Assembly (NCBI GenBank): GCA_964291405.2
Contig: OZ219926.1
Location: 2,144,001-2,208,000, forward strand
Length of the DNA stretch: 64,000 bases
Reading direction: 5' to 3'
Source: Thermodesulfobacteriota bacterium
GTDB lineage: Bacteria; Desulfobacterota; Binatia; Bin18
Shown: positions 19,094 to 28,077 of the stretch, piece by piece
Position numbering within the stretch: position 1 is the first letter of the stretch
Layout of the letters: each line of letters starts with the position of its first letter
Notes under the pieces: model-generated
Databases searched by the model: none
Seen by the model: the letters and a program-made list of their open reading frames with translations, nothing else
What the model was told of the DNA's origin: nothing
Position numbers and translations under genes: made by a program

Positions 19094-20974
19094 ATGGAAC
19101 ATAACGAACAGCCCAACGCTGAAGAAACGACGCCAACGCAGAGCGAGGCCACCACCCAAGAGCAGACCCAGGCAGGGAACGTTGACACTGAGAGCCAGGC
19201 AGCAGACGAGAGCCCGTCGGCAGAGACAACGGGCACCGGCAGCGAGACTGCGCCCGCAGCACCAGCCCAGCCGGGCAAAGGTGTTGGGGAAGACTTCGGT
19301 CAGATGTTTGAAGAAAGCATGCGCTCGGTTCAACCGGGGGAGATCGTCCGTGGCCGGGTGGTGAACATCGGACCAGAATTTGTCACGATTGATATTGGCT
19401 ATAAATCGGAAGGACATATTCCGCTGGCTGAATTTCGCCAACGTGACGGGCAGCTCACGGTCAGTGAGGGAGATGAAATCGAGGTTTATTTTGACTCGGC
19501 TGACTCTGAGCAAGAGGGGATTGTTTTATCCCGAGCGAAAGCAGAGCAATTCCGTATTTGGCGAGACATTGAGGAGGCGTTCAACAACCACACGCCCGTC
19601 AATGGTTCCATTGTCGGCAAGGTGAAAGGCGGACTGCGCGTCGACATTGGCGTGGCTGCGTTTTTACCGGGCTCTCATGTTGACATTCGCCCCATCCGCG
19701 ACCTGGATCAATTCCTGGGGAAAACAGGTAAATTTGCCATCCTCAAATACAATCGGGCCCGCTCCAACGTGGTCGTATCACGCCGGGCAGTGCTGGAGCA
19801 GGAACGCGCCGCGCTCCGGGAAGAGACGCTGAAGGTGCTCGATGAAGGGGTCATCCTTGAGGGCACCGTCAAAAATATTACGGATTACGGGGCCTTTGTT
19901 GATCTGGGGGGGCTGGATGGCCTCCTGCACATCACCGATATGTCCTGGGGACGGATCGGTCACCCGTCTGAGATGATTAAAGCCGGGGAGACGATTAAGG
20001 TCGTCGTACTCAAGTTTGACGCGGAAAAGGAACGCGTGTCACTGGGCTTGAAACAACTCGTCCCCGATCCGTGGGGGTCGGTCGCAGAACGCTACCTGCC
20101 CGGCAGTCGGGTACAGGGCAAAGTCGTGAGCCTGGCCGATTACGGGGCTTTTGTGGAACTGGAGCAGGGAGTGGAAGGCCTGTTGCACGTCTCCGAAATG
20201 TCGTGGACAAAGCGGATTTCTCACCCTTCTAAACTGCTCTCCGTTGGCGATCAGGTCGAAATCGTGGTTCTCGACCTTGACCCCGCTCACCGTCGCATAT
20301 CTCTAGGGCTCAAGCAGGTCTCGCCGAACCCGTGGGAGACGGTGCGGGCGACCCACCCGGTGGGCAGCCGCATCCACGGTAAAGTCAAAAGTATTACCGA
20401 TTTTGGTGTCTTTATTGAGGTCGAGGAAGGGATTGACGGCTTGGCGCATATCTCGGACCTGCATTGGACCCGGAAGATTAAGCACCCCTCGGAGCTGTTT
20501 AAAAAAGGTGACGAGGTGGACGCCGTTATTCTCGGTATCGATGTGGAAAACGAGCGTATTTCGCTCGGGATTAAACAATCGGTCGCCGATCCCTGGGTCA
20601 CCCTGCAACAAGAACATCCGGTGGGGAGTCGGATCAACGGCAAAGTCACGAGTGTGACCGACTTCGGTGTCTTTGTCGAAGTGGCCGACGGTATTGAAGG
20701 GTTGATTCACATTTCTCAGCTCTCAACGGAGCGAGTCGAGAAGCCCTCGTCGCTGTTTGAGGTCGGCAATCTGGTTGAGGCCGAGGTGATCCATATTGAT
20801 CCCCGTGAACACAAAATGGGACTGAGCGTGAAGGCCTTACGCCGCAGTGAAGAGCGAGAGGAAATGGAGGCCTACCTCAAGCGCGAGCGAGAAGGAGCGC
20901 GCTTCTCTTTTGAGGATATCTTGGGAGAAGAGTTGCGTCTCGACCGGGATGACGGAGATCCACAGAAATCATAA
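19094..20974 (+). CDS. rpsA: 30S ribosomal protein S1
   Basis: Six S1 repeats (TDYGAFVDLGGLDGLLHITDMSW etc.); acidic N-terminal extension. Confidence 0.97.
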   Translation: MEHNEQPNAEETTPTQSEATTQEQTQAGNVDTESQAADESPSAETTGTGSETAPAAPAQPGKGVGEDFGQMFEESMRSVQPGEIVRGRVVNIGPEFVTIDIGYKSEGHIPLAEFRQRDGQLTVSEGDEIEVYFDSADSEQEGIVLSRAKAEQFRIWRDIEEAFNNHTPVNGSIVGKVKGGLRVDIGVAAFLPGSHVDIRPIRDLDQFLGKTGKFAILKYNRARSNVVVSRRAVLEQERAALREETLKVLDEGVILEGTVKNITDYGAFVDLGGLDGLLHITDMSWGRIGHPSEMIKAGETIKVVVLKFDAEKERVSLGLKQLVPDPWGSVAERYLPGSRVQGKVVSLADYGAFVELEQGVEGLLHVSEMSWTKRISHPSKLLSVGDQVEIVVLDLDPAHRRISLGLKQVSPNPWETVRATHPVGSRIHGKVKSITDFGVFIEVEEGIDGLAHISDLHWTRKIKHPSELFKKGDEVDAVILGIDVENERISLGIKQSVADPWVTLQQEHPVGSRINGKVTSVTDFGVFVEVADGIEGLIHISQLSTERVEKPSSLFEVGNLVEAEVIHIDPREHKMGLSVKALRRSEEREEMEAYLKREREGARFSFEDILGEELRLDRDDGDPQKS

Positions 20975-20998
20975 GGCTTGCTGATGGGGGATGGGAAC

Positions 20999-21343
20999 GT
21001 GACCAAAAGAGACCTGATCGAGGAAGTCGCCCAGCGCTATCCTCGTTTTTCACGACGGGATGCCGAGGTCATGGTCAATACGGTATTCGACAGTATGACC
21101 AAGGCCCTGGCACGGACGGAACGGATTGAAATCCGCGGATTCGGCAGTTTTATTGTCAAACAGCGCCCGGCGCGGGAAGGTCGGAACCCGAGAACTGGGG
21201 AGGTCGTCGCAGTTGCGGCCAAAAAAGTGCCACTCTTTAAGGTCGGGAAAGAGTTACGCCTCCGCGTTGACGGTCAGCCTCTTGCGGCAGCCGAACCCGA
21301 GACGGAGACCAAGCCTGAAACAGATACGGGCAGATTAGACTGA
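20999..21343 (+). CDS. ihfB: Integration host factor beta subunit
   Basis: TKRDLIEE, RIEIRGFGSF and GRNPRTGE motifs; follows rpsA; GTG start at 20999 (alternatives 20978/20984). Confidence 0.9.
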   Translation: MTKRDLIEEVAQRYPRFSRRDAEVMVNTVFDSMTKALARTERIEIRGFGSFIVKQRPAREGRNPRTGEVVAVAAKKVPLFKVGKELRLRVDGQPLAAAEPETETKPETDTGRLD

Positions 21344-21483
21344 GGCGCGTAACGTATCCGACCAGGGTCGTTCCCGCCTATCCGACCCAACCCCGCTGAC
21401 GGGCAGGTGGCTGAGCCCTATTCCAGATAGTGCAGCTTGATACACAACGGATGGGAATATTCTGAATAAAGGCAGGCAGGATT

Positions 21484-22911
21484 GTGCAACAGACGACTCC
21501 AATTGAAACGCTCCGTCGTGAAGTCCAGACGGTTGGTGACCTCAAGAAAATAGACTATCAGGTTCTTCCTGTGCGAGAAGAGATGCGGGCGAATTTGATC
21601 CGTATGCTCGCCGCGAGGGAAAAATTGCTCCCCGGTATTATCGGCTATGACGAGACCGTGATTCCGGAGATTGAAAATGCGGTGCTGGCCGGGCATCATA
21701 TCGTTTTTCTGGGTGAACGCGGGCAGGCGAAATCGCGGGTGATCCGGGGCTTGACCGACCTGCTGGACGACTATGTGCCAACCATCCGCGATAGTGAGAT
21801 TCCGGAGAATCCCCTGGCCCCCATCTCTCCGCAAGCCCGCCGCTTAGCCGCAGAACGCGGAGAGGCGCTTGAAATCCACTGGCTGTCACGTGACGAGCGC
21901 TATGCCGAGAAGCTGGCCACGCCCGATGTGTCCGTTGCCGACCTCATCGGCGAGGTGGACCCGATTAAAGTGGCCGAAGGGCGCTATCTAGCCGACGAGG
22001 AGACTATCCACTACGGCCTGATCCCTCGAACGAACCGCGGCATTTTCGCGGTCAACGAATTGCCCGACCTGACCGAAAAAGTACAGGTTGGCCTGTTCAA
22101 TCTGATGGAAGAACAGGACTTTCAGGTCAAGGGCTTCAAGGTCCGACTGCCGCTCGATGTAATTATTGTGGCGAGTGCGAACCCCGAGGACTATACCAGC
22201 CGGGGACGCATTATCACACCACTGAAAGATCGTTTTGATGTGCAGATTCGTACCCACTATCCGCGCTCGATTGAGGAAGAGATCTCAATTATGGAGCAGG
22301 AAGCGGTCCAGTTTGATCACGACGGCCTGGAGTTTCATACTCCACCGTTCATGAAGGAGATCTGCGCCCAGCTCACCATGGAAGCCCGGAATTCCAATGA
22401 AATCAATCAGTCGTCCGGGGTGAGCGTGCGCATGACGATTAACAATTTTGAAAGCGTGATCAGCAATGCGGAGAAGCGGGCCGTGCGCCTGGGCGAGAGC
22501 GAAGTTGTGCCGCGCATCAGCGACCTGTACGCACTCTATCCCTCGACCGCGGGCAAGATCGAGCTGGAATACATGGGCGAAGAGCAGAAAGATGGAGACC
22601 TGATTGAGCGTCTGGTCAATCGCGCCGTCCAGAAAGTCTTCGACAAATACATGCGGGTCGAAAGTTTACAGCCGGTCATCGACCATTTCGCGAACGGCGG
22701 GGGCGTTGAAATTTCGGATATGATGCCGTCTCAACAATACGCGGAGGGCATCCAAAATATTCAAGGGCTCCAGGAGAGCTTGGCCGCATTAGGGGTTGAT
22801 GGCCAGCCGAGCTTCATCTCCACGGCCACCGAATTCATCCTGGAAGGCCTGCATCTGCATCAGAAGCTCAACAAAGAGCGCCAGGGCGGCCGCCAGACCT
22901 ATCGCGCCTAG
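21484..22911 (+). CDS. Mg-chelatase-like AAA+ ATPase (Rv0958-like), partner of vWA protein
   Basis: Walker A variant GERGQAKS, EKLATPD, GIFAVNELPDL and SANPEDYTSRGRIITPLKDRF motifs. Confidence 0.88.
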   Translation: MQQTTPIETLRREVQTVGDLKKIDYQVLPVREEMRANLIRMLAAREKLLPGIIGYDETVIPEIENAVLAGHHIVFLGERGQAKSRVIRGLTDLLDDYVPTIRDSEIPENPLAPISPQARRLAAERGEALEIHWLSRDERYAEKLATPDVSVADLIGEVDPIKVAEGRYLADEETIHYGLIPRTNRGIFAVNELPDLTEKVQVGLFNLMEEQDFQVKGFKVRLPLDVIIVASANPEDYTSRGRIITPLKDRFDVQIRTHYPRSIEEEISIMEQEAVQFDHDGLEFHTPPFMKEICAQLTMEARNSNEINQSSGVSVRMTINNFESVISNAEKRAVRLGESEVVPRISDLYALYPSTAGKIELEYMGEEQKDGDLIERLVNRAVQKVFDKYMRVESLQPVIDHFANGGGVEISDMMPSQQYAEGIQNIQGLQESLAALGVDGQPSFISTATEFILEGLHLHQKLNKERQGGRQTYRA

Positions 22912-22954
22912 CCGCTGTCTCCGGCGATGTGCCGACCCGTGAGAAAGCGCACCC

Positions 22955-23098
22955 GTGGTGCTGACCGAAGCCGACACCTGCCGCACCTTCGTCGTGCCCA
23001 AACTCCAGGCCGCCGGCTGGGACACGCCCGCTGCTCCATGGCACTTGAGCCCAACATCTGGACTGCGTATGCTCTCCTTAAAGTCCGGGGAGGATTGA
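22955..23098 (+). pseudogene. hsdR: Relic N-terminus of type I restriction enzyme R subunit (EcoAI/EcoEI-like HsdR)
   Basis: Frame from GTG 22955 reads VVLTEADTCRTFVVPKLQAAGWDTP, matching HsdR N-termini as I recall them; similarity is lost after ~25 codons; stop at 23096-23098. Confidence 0.7.
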
Positions 23099-23339
23099 CA
23101 ACGAAAACAAGGGATGTCGGCGGTTCAATAAGCGATTGATTTTATTGAGTTTGGGTTGGAGACCCCTCCTATATTTTTCCGAGAACCCCTTAAAATAAAA
23201 CTGGGTTTTATATTTGATTCGCCCATTTGACAATCCAAAGGCATCCAAGGGACAGATATCTACCTCATCTCACTCCAACGGATAGCAGCTCTGTTATTTG
23301 TGTGGATTCCGCTGAGCGGCGAGGTAGGTTTGCCTCGGC

Positions 23340-23750
23340 CTAGCGGCCCCCCACGTCTGGCGAGCGCTGATTCCTGGGAATGTGTATCACACGTCCCAGG
23401 ATAGGATTTCTTGCGAGCTGAACACCTGCACTCCAGAACGCCCCGTTGGTTCGTGCTAGGTCAGTCTCTTCACAAGCTCCCTCACGCATTGCTTGTTCGT
23501 CCTTGGCCCTGAATTGGTCAAGGTCCGTGTATTCGGTCAGGCCCTCTCTGCTATGTACTTCTCGCAACGCTTCGCAGGTCTCAGCGTTGGGGGTCTTTAC
23601 CTCAAACGGGAGGCCGCGCTGCAAGGCTACCTGCCGATAGAACAAGGTGATGGCTTCGGTTGATGAGGGCCCGAGCCTTGAGAAGACTTCTTCAGCCTCC
23701 TGCTTCAAGTCCGGTTCTACGTGGGCACAGATCATTTCAGTCTTGGCCAT
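23340..23750 (-). CDS. RelB/DinJ-family antitoxin with aberrant C-terminal run-on; no cognate toxin (possibly pseudogene)
   Basis: MAKTEMICAHVEPDLKQEAEEVFSRLG..EAITLFYRQVALQRGLPFEVKTPNAET; SD AAAGGAGAGG; the ~50 aa after LDQFRAK are unrelated. Confidence 0.8.
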   Translation of the reverse strand: MAKTEMICAHVEPDLKQEAEEVFSRLGPSSTEAITLFYRQVALQRGLPFEVKTPNAETCEALREVHSREGLTEYTDLDQFRAKDEQAMREGACEETDLARTNGAFWSAGVQLARNPILGRVIHIPRNQRSPDVGGR

Positions 23751-23801
23751 ACGGCCTCTCCTTTGGCCATCCTGTGTCACGATTGGGAAGCGCTTCAATA
23801 A

Positions 23802-24443
23802 TTACTTTTTCAACTGATAGCTCACGTTGGTTTTATTGCTGCTGACAATAACGACGCCACGCTTGACCAGTTCGTCTATAAGAGCGTCGAGCTCGCTCTC
23901 TCCTAAGCTCTTGGAAAACAGCGCGTTGATCGAATTGGAAAGAGTTTTCAATTTTCTGGGTCTTGCATTGCCTCGGGCAATCAAGAAATCAACAATTTTC
24001 CGAAGGCGCTCTTCTTGTGGCGCTGAACTCACAGGTTTTGAACCTTGAGCGGATGCTTTTTTTGCTTTTGCAGGCTTTGGAAGAGGTATCTCACTAATGG
24101 CCTTATGCCGGTGTACTCGAATGTTCTTTGATTCAAGATGCTTAATCAGCGGGTCGAAGCCTTTATCTTTTGAAATGATGTGGAAATGAGAATCGCTGTT
24201 TTCTGCGGAAAACTGGCCAATGTAAAACGCAATATGAAAATCAAGGGCGTTTGGTCCGTTGCCCTGAATTTTGATGTACTCGGCGTTTTTCCCTAAATGC
24301 TGAACCGCGGATACGAGGTCAAATGATATCTTTGACTGGTTCTGACCTACGAAGACAAGAACCTTGAAGTTCTGCCCGGCTAAAACACTCAGGTGTTCCG
24401 GCTGTATATTTTCCAGGTCAATCAAGACGTAATTCATATTCAC
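23802..24443 (-). CDS. PIN-domain protein (PIN7/NYN-like) with C-terminal helical domain
   Basis: VLIDLENIQP, GNGPNALDFHIAFYIG and IISKDKGFDPLI motifs; visibly lower GC than flanks. Confidence 0.85.
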   Translation of the reverse strand: MNMNYVLIDLENIQPEHLSVLAGQNFKVLVFVGQNQSKISFDLVSAVQHLGKNAEYIKIQGNGPNALDFHIAFYIGQFSAENSDSHFHIISKDKGFDPLIKHLESKNIRVHRHKAISEIPLPKPAKAKKASAQGSKPVSSAPQEERLRKIVDFLIARGNARPRKLKTLSNSINALFSKSLGESELDALIDELVKRGVVIVSSNKTNVSYQLKK

Positions 24444-24498
24444 ACTTTCTCCTTTGTAGTCCTTCTACCGATAAGCGGCCTTGACACACTCATGAGCG

Positions 24499-25125
24499 CT
24501 ACGATCCGGCCGACCGGACCGACGCTGGTAGCGAGCGGCACTGTGCGGCGCGCTCCTCGCCGATCAGGTTGACGACCCACCCAACATAATGATCGGGGAC
24601 ACGCATCCGGCCCTGATACAACGCATTGAAGACAGCATCGGCGAGTGTGTCACGTGTCAGGATTCTCTGGACGTCATCCTGCGTAAAAATATCCACCGTG
24701 CAGCCTGTCGAAAGCTCTCCGAATCGCTCGGCGCAAATCCGAATGGCTTTGCGTTCGTCTATGAGGGCTGTCGCGCCGTGCTCCAGTGCGTAGGCGATGG
24801 TCGCCGCTTCACCGTCATCAAGGGTTTGGTTGGCAGGGCCGGATACGAGACTGATGAAATGCTGTGTCCCGGCGTCTCCGAGCCTGACAAGCTCCACACT
24901 TCCCTGAGCTACCAGCGCGGAGAGTGCCTCCGCATCGTTGCGTCCGGTTCTGCTATCGACCTCAAGCTCAAAAGAAACTTCCTCAACAACAAGAAATTGG
25001 TTGGGCAAGGCATCCAGAATCGCTGCCGAGTATCCGGTTGCATTCAGGTTAATAACGACGCTCGTGTCAGCAACAACGGGCAACGTAGAATCAGTGAGGC
25101 AGCTTCGACATTCCATCCGCCTCAA
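24499..25125 (-). CDS. PIN-fold protein (DUF3368-like predicted nuclease)
   Basis: VVADTSVVIN, VSFELE, LDDGEAATIAYA and LIDERKA acidic PIN motifs; overlaps the upstream IrrE gene. Confidence 0.8.
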   Translation of the reverse strand: MRRMECRSCLTDSTLPVVADTSVVINLNATGYSAAILDALPNQFLVVEEVSFELEVDSRTGRNDAEALSALVAQGSVELVRLGDAGTQHFISLVSGPANQTLDDGEAATIAYALEHGATALIDERKAIRICAERFGELSTGCTVDIFTQDDVQRILTRDTLADAVFNALYQGRMRVPDHYVGWVVNLIGEERAAQCRSLPASVRSAGS

Positions 25126-26290
25126 CCTCCTCGGTTTCCACGTCGTCTAGAATCTCACGCAGTTCAACCCGACTCAGGCGTAAAAGACGAGCGAGTTGGC
25201 CCTCGCTGAGCAGACCTTTCCGCCAGGCTTCCGCAGCCAGCAGATTCAGGCGGAGCGTCGTGGGACGCTCCGCTTCCATTTTACCCGTATCAACGGCAGC
25301 CAGGTCGCCAAGAACCTGACGAGCCTGCTCGTCCGTGATTCCGCCATTGGCTTGGAACCAATCCCAGGTCCCCGGTTTGGTCAGGCCAAGCTCTTCAAGC
25401 CGCCGGACCATTGCCTCACGCGAGATGCCGAAGGTGTGGGCGAGCAGGATGACATGCCGGCGGGTGAGGTAGGATGCACCCGCAGTGAGGTCCCGGAATC
25501 TGTGCCCAACCGTATGAGCTGGCGTCAGGAAGGCACGGGCAAAGGCATGAGCGTAACGTTCTTCGCGCGAGCTTTCCCGTTCATTGAAATGCAGAACATC
25601 GGGCTTTTTACGACTTGCGCTGAAATGCCCGAGTTCATGCCCTCCGGTCTGGGTTCGGCGTTCGTGCGGATGGTTGGCGTTGAGCAGCATGCATGCGCCG
25701 ATTTCCTCGTCATAGGCGAACAAGCCCGATACCTGAGAGTCGAGCGGCCTCACGTAGACGCGCACGCCGAGGTCCAATTCAAGCAGGCTCACCAAGTCGC
25801 GGACCGGCGCCAATCCCAATCCGAGCCAATGCCGCAGTTCGGTCGCATTGGTTTCAGCCTGGGCGTGGACATCGCCTGGCATGAGCGGCCGTTCTGGAGG
25901 ATCATTTCGAGGGCGCGTGATACCGAGCGTATTTTCAAGCTCCACCTCAGCCTGAACAAGGTCCGTCAGTAGCCGGGCCGCGTTATCGGTAGCGTGGTCG
26001 CTGACCGTGCTGAGCTTGCGGAAGCGAGGGACGAGGTCAATAGATACTGACTCGTGGCGGAGCAGGGCGTTGACCGACGTGCGATACCGACGTGCCAGCT
26101 TTTGGAGTTCGTCCGCGCGAATCCGACGCTGCCCCTTCTCTATGGCGACCAGCGTCGTGCGCGCGATATCAATGCTGGACGCTGCATCGGCCTGAGTCAG
26201 GCCAGCCGTTTCACGTGCGACACGCAAGCGTGCCCCTACATTAGGAGCAGGCAGTTCTTGTTCGAGACTTGCCAAGGGATTGTTGTTCAT
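25091..26290 (-). CDS. XRE-HTH + ImmA/IrrE Zn-metallopeptidase fusion
   Basis: N-terminal HTH RVARETAGLTQADAA..RTTLVAIEKGQR; HELGH (HExxH); EERYAHAFARAFL; C-terminal GLLSEGQLARLL. Confidence 0.92.
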   Translation of the reverse strand: MNNNPLASLEQELPAPNVGARLRVARETAGLTQADAASSIDIARTTLVAIEKGQRRIRADELQKLARRYRTSVNALLRHESVSIDLVPRFRKLSTVSDHATDNAARLLTDLVQAEVELENTLGITRPRNDPPERPLMPGDVHAQAETNATELRHWLGLGLAPVRDLVSLLELDLGVRVYVRPLDSQVSGLFAYDEEIGACMLLNANHPHERRTQTGGHELGHFSASRKKPDVLHFNERESSREERYAHAFARAFLTPAHTVGHRFRDLTAGASYLTRRHVILLAHTFGISREAMVRRLEELGLTKPGTWDWFQANGGITDEQARQVLGDLAAVDTGKMEAERPTTLRLNLLAAEAWRKGLLSEGQLARLLRLSRVELREILDDVETEEVEADGMSKLPH

Positions 26291-26303
26291 AGAATACCTC
26301 GAA

Positions 26304-26339
26304 TGTCAGAAATAATAATATTATATCTGACAATGTCAA
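26304..26339 (-). promoter_or_regulatory. Sigma70 promoter with overlapping palindromic operator for the irrE-PIN genes
   Basis: Minus-strand TTGACA (26339-26334), 16 bp, TATTAT (26317-26312); inverted repeat TGTCAGA-N15-TCTGACA (26304-26332). Confidence 0.7.
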
Positions 26340-26468
26340 TTCAAAAGTACAGAAGAGTCAGGCTGCGGTAAGCCCCTTTGCTCCGCCCCGCCACAGGCTG
26401 CGGGTATAGTAAAGGCGAACGGGTTGCTCTATGATCCCGTCATTCCGTGACCGTGCCTTCGGACTGAC

Positions 26469-28061
26469 ATGATCACCATTCGCTATACCGACTGGGATGG
26501 CAGCCAGCGTGTTCGGCTGTCGGCCGACAAAATCTTTGAAGAGCTGGCCGAACATCTGTCTTCGACGGACGATATGCAGAAGGCGCTGGAGCAGCTCATG
26601 CGCCAGGGTCTCGGGGAGGAAGACGACAAGCTCAAGGGCCTGGACGACCTCGTGCGCGACCTACGCGAAGAGATGCGTAAACGCTACCGCGAGTCCAATA
26701 TGCGCTCCTCGCTCGATGAGATGCAGGATCGACTGGACTCCATTCTGAACCAGGAGCAGCGTACGCTGGAGGAGCGGCGACCTCAGCAGCCCGAACTCGA
26801 AGAGAAGGAGCAGTTTCTCCAGCAGTTGCCGCAACGCCTGAGCGAGAAAATGGAGAAGCTGTCGAACTATGAGTTCGAGGACGAGGCCGCCCAGGCCGCG
26901 TTTGACGAACTCATGCAGGAGTTTGACAATATCCAATCGCTGGAGAATTTTCAGCGCCGTTTCAACGATCTGTTCAACGGACCGCGCCCGCTCAGCTATC
27001 AGGAAGCGTTGGAGCTGATGGAGGAAATGGAGCAGCTCCAGGAGATGGAGCAAAACCTGCTGTCCGGACAGCCGGAAAAGATCGACCCGGACCAACTCCA
27101 GGAATTGATTGGCCAGGCCGCCAGCCAGGACTTCCAGAATCTCCAGCAGATGCAGTCATTATTGGAAGAAGCCGGGTTTTTGATCTACCGCGAGGGCCGG
27201 GTGCAGTTGTCGCCCAAGGGCGTGCGGCGGATTGGCCAACTCGCTCTGCAAGACATCTATACCAATCTGCTGCGCGACCGGAACGGCTCACACGCCACCG
27301 ACCATCGTGGCATGGCCGAGATCAAAATGGACGAAACCCGACCGTATCAGTACGGCGACCCGATGCATCTCGACCTGGTCGGGACGCTCAAAAAATCCAT
27401 CCAGCGGACCCCTGGCGTCCCCGTGTCTATCCAGCCGGGGGATTTCACGATCTTCGATACCGACCACACGACCACCACCTCGACCGTCCTCCTACTCGAT
27501 ATGAGCTGGTCCATGAGTTGGGAGGGTCGCTTCGGAGCGGCGAAAAAGGTCGCGCTGGCGTTGGAGAGTCTGATCCGCACTCGCTATCCGCGGGATTATT
27601 TCTCGATTGTCGGGTTTTTCACCCGGGCCGTGGAACTCAAGATCAAAGACCTGCCCGAGGCGAGTTGGAATATGGGCGACCCGTTTACCAACCTCCAGGA
27701 CGGCCTGCGGCTGGCCGGGGACCTGCTGCGTCGCCACCCGAGTCATAATCAACACATCATTGTGGTGACGGATGGCCAGCCCACTGCGTATTTTTCGCGG
27801 GGTCGGCTCTACTGCGAATGGCCCCTGTCTTTTGGGGGGATCAGTATGCGGGCGGCTCAGGAGACTCTACGAGAGGTGGAGAAAGTCACCAAGCGGGGGG
27901 TCACGATTAATACCTTCATGCTCGACGACAGCCCGAGCCTGCGCACCTTTGTGGACAAAATGACCAAGATGAATCGCGGCCGCGCCTTTTACACCCGCCC
28001 GGACAATCTGGGGGAATATCTCCTGGTCGACTACGTGGCAAATCAGAAAAAGAGGATTTGA
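26469..28061 (+). CDS. vWA-domain protein (Rv0959-like)
   Basis: IRYTDWDGSQ N-terminus, coiled coils, MIDAS LLLDMSWSM, TNLQDGL and VVTDGQPTA. Confidence 0.9.
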   Translation: MITIRYTDWDGSQRVRLSADKIFEELAEHLSSTDDMQKALEQLMRQGLGEEDDKLKGLDDLVRDLREEMRKRYRESNMRSSLDEMQDRLDSILNQEQRTLEERRPQQPELEEKEQFLQQLPQRLSEKMEKLSNYEFEDEAAQAAFDELMQEFDNIQSLENFQRRFNDLFNGPRPLSYQEALELMEEMEQLQEMEQNLLSGQPEKIDPDQLQELIGQAASQDFQNLQQMQSLLEEAGFLIYREGRVQLSPKGVRRIGQLALQDIYTNLLRDRNGSHATDHRGMAEIKMDETRPYQYGDPMHLDLVGTLKKSIQRTPGVPVSIQPGDFTIFDTDHTTTTSTVLLLDMSWSMSWEGRFGAAKKVALALESLIRTRYPRDYFSIVGFFTRAVELKIKDLPEASWNMGDPFTNLQDGLRLAGDLLRRHPSHNQHIIVVTDGQPTAYFSRGRLYCEWPLSFGGISMRAAQETLREVEKVTKRGVTINTFMLDDSPSLRTFVDKMTKMNRGRAFYTRPDNLGEYLLVDYVANQKKRI

Positions 28062-28077
28062 GCGGCGCGCGCAGTCT

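Noticed and set aside
23273-23450. Possible integron attC site (CCAACGG...CCGTTGG)
   Set aside because: Ends do not fit RYYYAAC/GTTRRRY on either strand, internal pairing is weak, and no IntI is present
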